Below, piece after piece: positions 1 to 10,783 of a stretch of 24,512 nt of DNA (position 1 is the first letter of the stretch; every line of letters begins with the position of its first letter). Source of the stretch: Candidatus Limnocylindrales bacterium (GTDB lineage Bacteria; Chloroflexota; Limnocylindria; Limnocylindrales; CSP1-4); assembly GCA_035996105.1 (NCBI GenBank), contig DASYJV010000064.1, positions 1 through 24,512 of the forward strand, read 5' to 3'. Under the pieces are notes generated by a model, which saw only the letters and a program-made list of their open reading frames with translations, did not search any database and was not told where the DNA came from. The translations under genes and the position numbers were made by a program.

Positions 1-222
1 AGGCTCCACGCCTATCACTGGGATGGCGAGGAGTGGGAGCAGGCCGGCGTGCTGCGGGGCGTCGACCACCGGCCGATCGTCGTCGACGGCTTGTGGGGGA
101 TCGCATTCGGCGGCGGCATCAACGTCGCCAACAACGGCGCGGCCAACACCCTGTTCTTCGCCGCGGGCCCGAACGACGAGAAGGGTGGCAGCTTCGGGAC
201 GATCACCGTCAGCGCGCCCTGA
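1..222 (+). CDS. 3' end of a TIGR03118-family (beta-propeller-like) protein, partial
   Basis: Frame 1 reads RLHAYHWDGEEWEQAGVLRGVDHRPIVVDGLWGIAFGGGINVANNGAANTLFFAAGPNDEKGGSFGTITVSAP*. The DGLWG.xFG...LFFxAGPNDE..G.FG pattern matches my recollection of the TIGR03118 C-terminus. It is absent from the ORF track because the start lies outside the window. Confidence 0.7.
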   Translation, partial: RLHAYHWDGEEWEQAGVLRGVDHRPIVVDGLWGIAFGGGINVANNGAANTLFFAAGPNDEKGGSFGTITVSAP

Positions 223-247
223 CACAGCACCGGCCGCCGGGGGTACT

Positions 248-276
248 GATGGAGCCGGCCTGAGGCCGGCTCCATC
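248..276. terminator. GC-rich hairpin between convergent genes, possible bidirectional terminator
   Basis: GATGGAGCCGGCC-TGA-GGCCGGCTCCATC is a perfect 13-bp stem. There is no clear U-tract on either side. Confidence 0.55.
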
Positions 277-302
277 GATTCATGTCTCGGTCGTAGCCGC
301 CG

Positions 303-800
303 TCAGCCGCCTGGGCCGAAGAGCAGCGTCAGCCAGCGCTCGAGCGGGCTCACCGCCGTCGGCGCACCGACGCGCAGACCCGCGGATCCGGGGGCGTTGG
401 CATCGAGCGCGGGGGCCCCGGCCTGCAGTGCGAATGCGATCTCCCTGGGCCGTCCCAGACCGTAGGCTCGTGCCTGCTGGTCGACGAAACGTTGCTGCTG
501 GATCCGTTCGAGCTCGCGTTCGAGACCAGCCAGCTCGTGACGCTGGGCCGCATTGGCGGTGATCATCCCCTCGGCCCGTCCCGTCGCCGCCGATGCCTCG
601 CTGACCTGGCGGGCGAACAGGATGATCACCCAGGCGGCGATGAGGACACCGAGCAGGATGGCGCCTCGACGACGGGTGATCCCGACGATCGGGAGCGTCG
701 CCAGGCCTGGCTCGCCGAGGATCTGGACGCTCGACGTCATCGACGTTTCGGACGGATCCGGGGCGTCGTCGGTCGCCTTCGAGAAGAGCCGGCGGAGCAT
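303..800 (-). CDS. Septum formation initiator-like (DivIC/FtsB-type) bitopic membrane protein, 165 aa
   Basis: One TM helix (GAILLGVLIAAWVIILFA) follows a basic RRR patch, then a coiled coil (QRHELAGLERELERIQQQRFVDQQARAYGL..P.E) resembling the DivIC/FtsB 'E..AR..LG' end. The start is trimmed to ATG 800 because a consensus promoter ends 6 nt upstream. Confidence 0.65.
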   Translation of the reverse strand: MLRRLFSKATDDAPDPSETSMTSSVQILGEPGLATLPIVGITRRRGAILLGVLIAAWVIILFARQVSEASAATGRAEGMITANAAQRHELAGLERELERIQQQRFVDQQARAYGLGRPREIAFALQAGAPALDANAPGSAGLRVGAPTAVSPLERWLTLLFGPGG

Positions 801-805
801 CGACC

Positions 806-821
806 GAGCGTAGCTACGCTC
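806..821. promoter_or_regulatory. Perfect 16-bp palindrome overlapping the -10 element, candidate operator
   Basis: GAGCGTAGCTACGCTC is its own reverse complement. Confidence 0.4.
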
Positions 822-835
822 AGCTGCGGTGTCAA
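807..835 (-). promoter_or_regulatory. Sigma70-type promoter for the divIC-like gene, probably leaderless
   Basis: The minus strand reads TTGACA (835-830), 17 nt, TACGCT (812-807), 6 nt, ATG (800). Confidence 0.7.
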
Positions 836-852
836 ATCGCGCCTGCGTGCAC

Positions 853-879
853 CGTCGTGACAGCCGACCTGTCACGACG
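853..879. promoter_or_regulatory. Inverted repeat, candidate operator or hairpin
   Basis: CGTCGTGACAG-CCGAC-CTGTCACGACG has perfect 11-bp arms. Its right arm covers the expected -35 position of the mrfA promoter. Confidence 0.4.
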
Positions 880-892
880 CACGACCAGAGTC

Positions 893-901
893 TGCTAGAC
901 T
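893..901 (+). promoter_or_regulatory. Extended -10 promoter for mrfAB
   Basis: TGcTAGACT fits TGnTAnnnT and lies 10 nt upstream of the SOS box. Confidence 0.55.
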
Positions 902-911
902 CGCGCCGTTT

Positions 912-925
912 CGAACATCCGTTCG
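912..925. promoter_or_regulatory. LexA (SOS) box, Gram-positive/Chloroflexota type
   Basis: CGAAC-ATCC-GTTCG is a perfect CGAAC-N4-GTTCG, between the predicted -10 and the start of a DNA repair helicase. Confidence 0.75.
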
Positions 926-943
926 TTCTTGAGGCCCGACTGC

Positions 944-3252
<2,309 letters not shown>

Positions 3253-3256
<4 letters not shown>

Positions 3257-4683
3257 CGATCGGCGCCGCCGGCCCGGCGAGCCTCGCGAGACGGCTCGAG
3301 CGTTACCGTGGGTCGGCCCGCGGCCTGTCCGTCGATCGCGATGTCGTCCGTCAGGTCGAACTGCCCCACGCGCCGATCGATCGTCACCTTCTCGCCGAAC
3401 GGCTGGCGTGGACCGTCGGTGGCGAGGTGGTCGCGAATGCGGGCGGGCTCCACGTCCGTTGTGAGCCCGAGGCGCGCACGATCCCGCTCGATCGCGAGCG
3501 TCTCGCGATCCTGCCCGCGCAGCCACCGCCGGGCGTCCCGCTGGTCTGTCTCGACACCGAGACGACCGGGCTCGCGACCGCCGCCGGGACCGTCGCCTTT
3601 CTCATCGGACTCGGCTGGTGGGAGGGCGACCGGTTCCGCCAGGTCCAGCTCCTCCTCCCCGACCATGCCGACGAACCGGCGCTCCTCACGGCGCTGGCCG
3701 ACCTCATCCCGGTCGATGGCTGGCTGGTCACCTATAACGGGCGAGGGTTCGACTGGCCGCTGCTCGTGACCCGCTACCGGATGGCTCGCCGCGCGGCACC
3801 CATCCACGGCGGTCATCTCGACCTCCTGCCGGTCGTCCGCCGGCTCTTCCGCCACCGGCTCGACGACGCCCGGCTTCGTACCGCCGAGACCGGGCTGCTG
3901 GGGCTTCGGCGACATGGCGACATCGATGGCTCGGAGATCCCCGGCCGATACCTCGGCTTCCTGCGCGGCGGTCCGGCGGAACCGCTGGTCGAGGTCGTCC
4001 GCCACAACGACCAGGACGTCCGATCGCTCGCCTGGCTCCTGGTCCACCTGGCCGATGGCTATGGCAGCGTCGAGGCGCGCCGGCGGGCACCGGCCGGTGA
4101 CCTGGCCGGTCTCGCCCGGGCGTATGCGCGCGTCGGCCGGCTCAGTGAAGCCTTCGACTGCTACGAGACCGCCCTGGCGATCTCGTCGCGCCCGATGCCG
4201 GTCGATGACGCGCCGCTCGCGGTCCACCGAGTGGCCGACCCGGGCGACGCCCCGTGGTGGTCGCCGAGCGTGCCCGCCGACTTTGGCGGACGACCGGCCC
4301 GGACCCTCCCAGTGGCGACCTCGAGCCGGTCTGCGGCGTTGGCCCGACCCTGGACGACCGATCGGATCGCGGTCGAGCGGGCCGATATCCTGCGTCGTCT
4401 CGGCCGCTGGGACGACGCGGCGGACGCCTGGGCGGCGCTCGCCGCCGGGCCGGGCCGAACCGCGATCGTGGCCGCCATCGAGCTGGCCAAGATCCGCGAG
4501 CACCGCCTGCGGGACCCCGTCGCAGCCCTCGACGTCACCCGATCTGCGATGGCCATGGTCGAGCGACGCCGGGCCCTCGGTCGCCCCGATCCGCGCATCG
4601 AGGCGGATCTCACTGGACGGGCCACGCGCCTGCGTCGTCGCGTCGCCATCGCAGCAGCCCGCGATTCGGTCACGCGCCGCTGA
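3253..4683 (+). CDS. mrfB: DEDDh (RNase H-like, YprB type) exonuclease with C-terminal TPR-like helices
   Basis: ExoI DTETTG, ExoII YNGRGFD and ExoIII HNDQD, with an Ala/Arg-rich helical C-terminus. The GTG start overlaps the mrfA stop (GTGA). This is the same architecture and order as Bacillus subtilis mrfAB. Confidence 0.85.
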
Positions 4684-4748
4684 CTAGACTGTGGCAAACA
4701 CTCCGATCCACGGTCCACAGGTGACGTCATCGAATGGGAGGAGATCAG

Positions 4749-6170
4749 ATGAGTGACTTCGAGCGCCTTTCGCTCTCCCGTCGGCGGTTCCTCCAGCTGT
4801 CCGCTGCGACCGCCGTTGTCGCAGCCTGCAACCCGACGGGTCTTGGCAGCGCAAGCCCGTCAGGAGCGGGCGCGAGCGTGGTGCCCGGCTCGGCCGCGCC
4901 GTCGGGAAGCGGCGCCGGGAGCAGTCCCGCCGGGGCGATCTCGGGGACGGTCAATGTCACCTATCCCGATGAGGCAGGGTTCAAGCCGAAGTACGTCGAG
5001 CAGGCCGCGGCCGCCGTCAAGAGCCAGTTCTCGGGCGTCGACGTCAAGATCGACCTTCAGAAGATCGGCGATGACGACTTCTACACCAAGCTCCTGCTAC
5101 GCCTCGACAGCGGCGACGTCCCCGATGTGATCCACATCGGCGGCAGTCTCATCGGCGAGCTGTCCGACGCGGGCTACATCGAGCCGCTCGATGCGTATGT
5201 CGGTGCCTGGGACGGCTGGAAGCAGTACCCCGACGCGATCAAGGGTGGGGTGACCTACAACAAGAAGGTCTGGGCGATCCCCTACGGCCTCGACATGCGC
5301 TGGCTCTATTACCGCAAGGACGACCTTCAGAAGGCCGGGCTTCCCGCCGACTGGCAGCCCGCGAACGTCCAGGGCATCCTCGACGCGGCGGCAGCCGTGA
5401 AGTCGAAGGCGATCCCCAATGTCTTGCCGTACGCCCTGTATGCCGGCCCCGCCGGTTCAGGCGGAACGGCCGACCACGCATTCGTCCCACTCCTGTGGGC
5501 CTTCGGCGGGGACCTCCAGGACGCGAGTGGCAAGTGGATCGGGGACAGCCCGGCCACGAAGAAGGTGATGGCCTACTACGCCAAGGCGTATGGAGACGGC
5601 CTCAGTCCCAAGGAGATCATCACGGCCACGAAACCGTGGACGTCGATGCGCGAAAAGCTCGGCAACGGCGGGCTGGCGCTCCTCTTCGAGGGTGGCTGGG
5701 TCTACGGCGGCTGGGCGGCCAAGGACAAGGCGGCGACCGAGAAGAACGTCGGCTACCTCCTCCATCCGACCGAGAGCGGCGGCCCCTCGTTCACGATCGG
5801 CGGCCCGGGGACGTGCTGGTACATCACGGCCAAGAGCAAGAACAAGCAGGCGGCCTGGGAGTTCATCAAGGCCGTCAACTCGGCCGAGATCGTCGGCAAG
5901 CTCAACGCGGAAGATCCGCACCCCGTTGCGCGGACGGATGCCGCCGACGTCGCGGAGTTCAAGGCAAGCAAGTACCTCGTCGACTCGACGGCCGCGCTTG
6001 CCAAGGCTCGCTTCGTGGCCCCTTCCCCCGACTACCCCAAGGTCATCCAGGCCATCCAGGCCGCGACGGCCCGGATCGCGGCCGGCGGGATCTCGGCCGA
6101 TGATGCGGCCAAGAAATACACCGATGACCTGAGCCAGGCCCTCGGTGCCGACAAGGTCACCTCCCTGTAG
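4749..6170 (+). CDS. Sugar ABC (CUT1) solute-binding lipoprotein with Tat signal
   Basis: SD GGGAGGAG then ATG 4749. SRRRFLQ twin-arginine motif, VAAC lipobox, Ser/Gly/Pro/Ala linker and SBP family-1 segments (PDVI, G.IEPLD, WAIPY..D.R.LYYRKD, ALLFEGGW). Confidence 0.85.
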   Translation: MSDFERLSLSRRRFLQLSAATAVVAACNPTGLGSASPSGAGASVVPGSAAPSGSGAGSSPAGAISGTVNVTYPDEAGFKPKYVEQAAAAVKSQFSGVDVKIDLQKIGDDDFYTKLLLRLDSGDVPDVIHIGGSLIGELSDAGYIEPLDAYVGAWDGWKQYPDAIKGGVTYNKKVWAIPYGLDMRWLYYRKDDLQKAGLPADWQPANVQGILDAAAAVKSKAIPNVLPYALYAGPAGSGGTADHAFVPLLWAFGGDLQDASGKWIGDSPATKKVMAYYAKAYGDGLSPKEIITATKPWTSMREKLGNGGLALLFEGGWVYGGWAAKDKAATEKNVGYLLHPTESGGPSFTIGGPGTCWYITAKSKNKQAAWEFIKAVNSAEIVGKLNAEDPHPVARTDAADVAEFKASKYLVDSTAALAKARFVAPSPDYPKVIQAIQAATARIAAGGISADDAAKKYTDDLSQALGADKVTSL

Positions 6171-7069
6171 TGACCATCGGTCGCCGGGGCTCGATCCGGC
6201 GCAACCGGCTCTATCTCGCGGGGCTCAGCCCCGCTGCGTTCCTGCTTGCCCTGTTCTTCGTCGGCCCGGCCATCTGGGCGCTCATCGCGAGCTTCACGAA
6301 CCGCGCACTCGTCGGCATCGACGCCGCGAATCCGCGGTTCGTGGGGCTGGGCAATTACACCCACCTGTTCGGTGATCCGGACTTCGCCCGGGTCATCCTC
6401 AATTCGGTGGTCTTCGTCGTCGGCTCGGCGATCATCGGCCAGTTCGTGCTCGGTCTCGGCCTCGCGCTGCTCCTCGACCATGCCGAGCGGCGCGGGTTCA
6501 TCGCGACCAGCCTGGTCTATGCCGCGGTCCTCCTCGCGTGGGTCAATCCGACGATCATCGCCGGCTTTCTGTGGGTCGCGATGTTCGACTACTACAACGG
6601 GTCGCTCAACGTGGGCCTCGGCCTGCTCGGAGTCGGGCCGGTGGACTGGTTCGGACAGGGACCCATGCTCGCCGTGATCATCGCCAACATCTGGCGCGGC
6701 ACGGCGTTCACGATGCTCATCTTCCTCGGCGCGCTGCGGACCATCCCGTCCGACATCTACGAGGCGGCCCGGGTCGACGGCGCGAACGCATTCCGCCGTT
6801 TCTGGGACCACACCCTGCCGCTGCTCCGCCCGATCGCGGCGCTGACGCTCCTGTCGGTCACGATGGCCACCTTCGGGACGTTCATCCTCATCCAGGCGCT
6901 GACGAACGGCGGACCGGCGCTGCAGACCGAGGTCATCGCGCTGTACGCGTTCCACGAGGCGTTCCAGGCGCACGCCGTCGGTTACGGGTCGACGATCGCG
7001 GTGGTGATGCTCGCGCTCAACCTCGTCTTCGCGATCGCCTTCCTGCGCTGGTCGAGGGCACGGGCATGA
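6170..7069 (+). CDS. Carbohydrate ABC permease (MalF/UgpA-like)
   Basis: Multiple TM helices, FVGLGNY and the EAA loop IYEAARVDGANAFRRFWDHTLPLLRP. The start overlaps the preceding stop. Confidence 0.9.
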   Translation: MTIGRRGSIRRNRLYLAGLSPAAFLLALFFVGPAIWALIASFTNRALVGIDAANPRFVGLGNYTHLFGDPDFARVILNSVVFVVGSAIIGQFVLGLGLALLLDHAERRGFIATSLVYAAVLLAWVNPTIIAGFLWVAMFDYYNGSLNVGLGLLGVGPVDWFGQGPMLAVIIANIWRGTAFTMLIFLGALRTIPSDIYEAARVDGANAFRRFWDHTLPLLRPIAALTLLSVTMATFGTFILIQALTNGGPALQTEVIALYAFHEAFQAHAVGYGSTIAVVMLALNLVFAIAFLRWSRARA

Positions 7070-7986
7070 CGACCGCGGTCGATCGCCTCGCCGACGCCGG
7101 GACGTCGGCCCCCATCGTGGCGCGCGCAGCCGTCCCGCCGGCGCGAAGGCCGAAGCAGCGCGCCGGACCGCTCGAGTGGATCGCCGTCCACCTGGTCTTC
7201 ATCGCGATCTGCGCGTTCTTCCTGGTGCCCTTCCTGTGGCTGCTCAGCGCGGCGTTCGACGAGAAGGCGAGCGCCTACCTGCAGTGGCCGGTGGTCCCCA
7301 CCGTCATGAACTTCGTGCGCACCTTCACGGAGCACGACTTCGGCCGGGTTTTGGTCAACAGCCTCTTCGTGGCCATCGCGACGATGGTGCTGGTCGTCTT
7401 CGCGGTCGCCCTCGCGGGCTATTCGCTGTCACGGCTCGATCTTCGTCACAAGGACTGGATCACGTACGCCGTCCTGCTCCTCCAGACGATGCCCATCTCG
7501 GCCACGATGGTCCCGATCTACGGCCTGGCCAAGCAGCTGGGGCTCCGCAACAGCTATCTCGGGCTGATCCTCATCCACGCCGCGATCGAGCTGCCGTTCC
7601 TCATCTGGCTGATGAAGGGCTTCTTCGATTCGATCCCGCGCCATCTCGAAGAGGCGGCCTGGCTCGACGGCCGGACGAAGTTCCGGGCGCTCGTCGAGAT
7701 CGTCCTGCCGCTCGCCCGGCCCGGGCTCGGGATCGCCGCCGGTCTTGCCTTCCTCAGTGCCTGGGCCGAGGTCCTGATGGTCGTCATCCTCATCGACCAG
7801 CAGGACCTCAAGACCGTGCCCCTGGCTTTCTACGAGGCGATGCGGACCCAGGGCGGTTACACGGAGGTCCAGTACGGCGTCATCGCCGCGATGGGTGTCC
7901 TCTACCTCCTCCCGGTCATGGTCGTCTTCTTCGGCGCTCGCCGGCTGATGGTGCGTGGCCTGATGAACAGCACCAGAGGTCTCTAG
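7066..7986 (+). CDS. Carbohydrate ABC permease (MalG/UgpE-like)
   Basis: ATGA overlap with the previous gene. Contains NSLFVA..T, AGYSLSR and the EAA loop LEEAAWLDG...VLPLARPG. Confidence 0.9.
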   Translation: MTTAVDRLADAGTSAPIVARAAVPPARRPKQRAGPLEWIAVHLVFIAICAFFLVPFLWLLSAAFDEKASAYLQWPVVPTVMNFVRTFTEHDFGRVLVNSLFVAIATMVLVVFAVALAGYSLSRLDLRHKDWITYAVLLLQTMPISATMVPIYGLAKQLGLRNSYLGLILIHAAIELPFLIWLMKGFFDSIPRHLEEAAWLDGRTKFRALVEIVLPLARPGLGIAAGLAFLSAWAEVLMVVILIDQQDLKTVPLAFYEAMRTQGGYTEVQYGVIAAMGVLYLLPVMVVFFGARRLMVRGLMNSTRGL

Positions 7987-7989
7987 GCG

Positions 7990-9060
7990 ATGGCCGACGT
8001 CGTGTATGAGAACGTCTGGAAGCAGTTCGCCGCCCAGGCGCAGACCGCCGCCGCAGTGCGTGGCCTCTCGCTCGACATCGCCGATCGCGAATTGCTCGTC
8101 CTGCTCGGGCCGTCCGGGTGTGGCAAGACGACGGCCCTCCGGATGCTGGCCGGTCTCGAGGAACCCGACAGCGGCGACATCCGCATCGGCGGCAAGAGCG
8201 TGGTCGGCCTCGAACCCAAGGACCGCGACGTCGCCCTCGTCTTCCAGAGCTATGCGCTGTATCCGCATCTCTCGGCCCGCGACAACATCCGCTACCCGCT
8301 CAAGGTCCGACGGCTGACCAAGGCGGAACAGGAGGCCAAGGTCGATCGCGTCGCGGAGATGCTCGGGATCGGGCACCTGCTCCCGCGGCGTCCGGGTCAG
8401 CTGTCCGGTGGCGAACAGCAACGGGTCGCACTCGCGCGGGCGATCGTCCGCGAACCGCAGGTCTTCCTGATGGATGAGCCGCTCTCGAACCTCGACGCCA
8501 AGCTGCGCGTCCACACGCGAACCGAGTTGAAGACGCTCCAGCGGGAACTCGGAACGACGATGGTCTTCGTCACCCACGACCAGGCGGAGGCGATGAGCCT
8601 GGCGCAGCGGATCGCGGTCCTCAATGCCGGCGAGCTCCAGCAGATCGGGACGCCCGATGAGGTCTACGACCACCCGGCGAACGTCTTCGTCGCCGAGTTC
8701 ATCGGCTCGCCGCCGATGAACCTCCTCCCGGCGGAACGCGATGGGGACGAGCTCGTCGTGGCCGATGGATGGCGCCTGCCGGCGCCCACCCACGCCGGTG
8801 GCGAGACCAAGGATGACGGGCTGACGGTCGGCCTGCGCCCCGAAGGCGTCCGGATCGCCGCCGACGGTCATCCGGCCGAGGTCGTCGCGGTGGAGCCGTT
8901 CGGGAGCGAGGTCATCATCGACGTCCGGGTCGGCGGCGAGGCGCTCAAGGTGCGGGCGGCACCCAACGTCCGCCCCGAGGCCGGGAGCGTCGTCGGGCTC
9001 ATCGCCGATCCGGCCGCCGTCCGCGTATTCGACCGCTCGACCGGCGCCGCTCTGGCCTGA
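7990..9060 (+). CDS. Sugar ABC ATPase (MalK/UgpC family)
   Basis: GPSGCGKT, FQSYALYPH, LSGGEQQRVALARA, FLMDEPLSNLDAKLR, VTHDQ and a C-terminal TOBE-like region. Confidence 0.93.
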   Translation: MADVVYENVWKQFAAQAQTAAAVRGLSLDIADRELLVLLGPSGCGKTTALRMLAGLEEPDSGDIRIGGKSVVGLEPKDRDVALVFQSYALYPHLSARDNIRYPLKVRRLTKAEQEAKVDRVAEMLGIGHLLPRRPGQLSGGEQQRVALARAIVREPQVFLMDEPLSNLDAKLRVHTRTELKTLQRELGTTMVFVTHDQAEAMSLAQRIAVLNAGELQQIGTPDEVYDHPANVFVAEFIGSPPMNLLPAERDGDELVVADGWRLPAPTHAGGETKDDGLTVGLRPEGVRIAADGHPAEVVAVEPFGSEVIIDVRVGGEALKVRAAPNVRPEAGSVVGLIADPAAVRVFDRSTGAALA

Positions 9061-9067
9061 GCCCGCC

Positions 9068-10417
9068 GTGCTGCCCGGATCATCCCCCGACCTGGTCCTC
9101 CATGGTCACTTCACCGATGCGGACCGGATGCGCTACGTGCTCGTTCCCTTCCCGGTCGAGGCCGGTCATCGCCAGCTCCATCTCCGCTACAGCTACAGCG
9201 ACCGGATCGACTCCGATCCGCTGATCGACGGTGGCAACACGCTCGACATCGGGCTGTTCGATCCGCGCGGGACGCAGACGGGCAGTCCCGGGTTTCGCGG
9301 CTGGAGCGGCAGCCACAAGCTGGAGTTCACGATCGACGAGACGTGGGCGACGCCGCCCTACGCTCCGGGTCCGATCCTCGCCGGGACGTGGAACGTCCTG
9401 CTCGGGCCGTACAAGGTCGGACCGCGCGGGTGCGACTGGCAGGTCGAGATCTGGTTCGATCCCGGACGTCCGCCATTCGAGCGCGACGTGGTCCTCCCGA
9501 CCGACGTGCGCGGCCCCACCTTGCCGCCCAGCCGGGCGGGCTGGCTGCGCGGCGACCTGCACTGCCATACACGCTACTCGGACGGCGATTCCTGGCCGAG
9601 CGAGATGCTCGGGGCTGCCAAGGCGGCGGGGCTCGATTTCCTCGGCGTCACCGATCACAACAACGTCGCCCACCAGGCGGACTACGGACCCGGCGGCAAC
9701 GGCCTTCCGATCGTCCTTCCCGGGGTCGAGGTCACGACCTACGGCGGTCACTGGAATGCCTGGGGGACCGATCGCTGGTGGGAGTTCCGAACGCCGGAGC
9801 CAGCAGCCGTGGAGGTGGCGATGGCCGAGGCGATGGCCTCGGGTGCATTCGTGAGCGTCAACCATCCGAAGCCGTTCGGCCCGCCCTGGGAGTATGCCGG
9901 GGTCCGTTCGATGCACGCGATCGAGGTCTGGAACGGACCCTGGGCGCGGCTCAATGCCCACGCCCTGAGCACCTGGGAGACGCACCTTCGGGCCGGCGAG
10001 CGGCTGGTCGCGGTCGGTGGCAGCGACACCCACGTCCTCCGATCCCATGACCCGGATCCGCGCCATGCCCAGGCGCTCGGGATGCCGACCACGTGGGTCG
10101 AGGCCGGCCCGGCTGCGGACGCGGCGGCGATCCTCGACGCGCTGCGACTCGGACGGACCTTCGTATCGGCCTCACCCGCCGGGCCGCAGCTCTATCTCGA
10201 TCGCGCCGGTCGTGGTGTCCGCATCGAGGTGCGCGACGGGCGCGGCGCGACCCTCGTTGTGCTCGGTGACCAGGGCGCCATCGATGCCGGCGCCGTGACA
10301 TCCGAGGCCTTTTCGATGACCCTGCCCGTGCCGCGGGCCACGACGTACGTCCGGGCCCAGCTGGTCGCGGCCGATGGCACCATCCAGACGCTGACGAGTG
10401 CGCTGTGGTGGCCGTAG
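9068..10417 (+). CDS. PHP-domain metallohydrolase (CehA/McbA-like), cytoplasmic
   Basis: GDLHCHTRYSDG, GLDFLGVTDHN, PGVEVTT..GHWN, NHP, EVWNG and GGSDTH metal-ligand motifs, with extra N- and C-terminal beta-rich regions. No signal peptide. Confidence 0.8.
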   Translation: MLPGSSPDLVLHGHFTDADRMRYVLVPFPVEAGHRQLHLRYSYSDRIDSDPLIDGGNTLDIGLFDPRGTQTGSPGFRGWSGSHKLEFTIDETWATPPYAPGPILAGTWNVLLGPYKVGPRGCDWQVEIWFDPGRPPFERDVVLPTDVRGPTLPPSRAGWLRGDLHCHTRYSDGDSWPSEMLGAAKAAGLDFLGVTDHNNVAHQADYGPGGNGLPIVLPGVEVTTYGGHWNAWGTDRWWEFRTPEPAAVEVAMAEAMASGAFVSVNHPKPFGPPWEYAGVRSMHAIEVWNGPWARLNAHALSTWETHLRAGERLVAVGGSDTHVLRSHDPDPRHAQALGMPTTWVEAGPAADAAAILDALRLGRTFVSASPAGPQLYLDRAGRGVRIEVRDGRGATLVVLGDQGAIDAGAVTSEAFSMTLPVPRATTYVRAQLVAADGTIQTLTSALWWP

Positions 10418-10444
10418 CGCCGGTCAGCGAAGCCGATCCGCCCG

Positions 10445-10472
10445 TTGACAGGGAGGCCCCGCATGGTACCCT
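10445..10472 (+). promoter_or_regulatory. Sigma70-type promoter of the second ABC operon
   Basis: TTGACA (10445-10450), 16 nt, TACCCT (10467-10472), preceded by TGg as an extended -10. Confidence 0.65.
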
Positions 10473-10486
10473 GCCGCCACTCGAAG

Positions 10487-10498
10487 GCAATCGATTAC
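10487..10498. promoter_or_regulatory. LacI-family operator
   Basis: GCAATCGATTAC fits the LacI-family GnAAnCGnTTnC palindrome, just downstream of the predicted transcription start. A LacI gene ends the same operon. Confidence 0.65.
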
Positions 10499-10783
10499 AT
10501 CCGTCGCGCAACCACCACGATATGGGGAGCTCCGGCATATCGTGGAACCAGGGCTCGGTCGTTCGACGAGCACCGTCTCCGATGCGCCTCGAGGTGATCC
10601 CGCCTGACGAACGCGGCCGGAGGAGGGGCCGATCGGAAAGGAGGTGGCCGGTCGGATGACGGGATGCGCGATCTCGCCGCTGACCGGAGGTACCGCGAAA
10701 TCTGGGCCACGAGTGGCGCGGATGGACCGTGACGCTCGTGTGGACGCGCTTCCGCGCGACCGAACAGTGAGGAGACACACGGG

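Noticed and set aside
869-901. TGTCA plus TAGACT resembling the mycobacterial PafBC/RecA-NDp promoter
   Set aside because: The spacing is about 21 nt, roughly twice that of the motif as I recall it.
4691-4704. TGGCAAAC as a second LacI operator half-site
   Set aside because: The right half does not form the GnAAnCGnTTnC palindrome.
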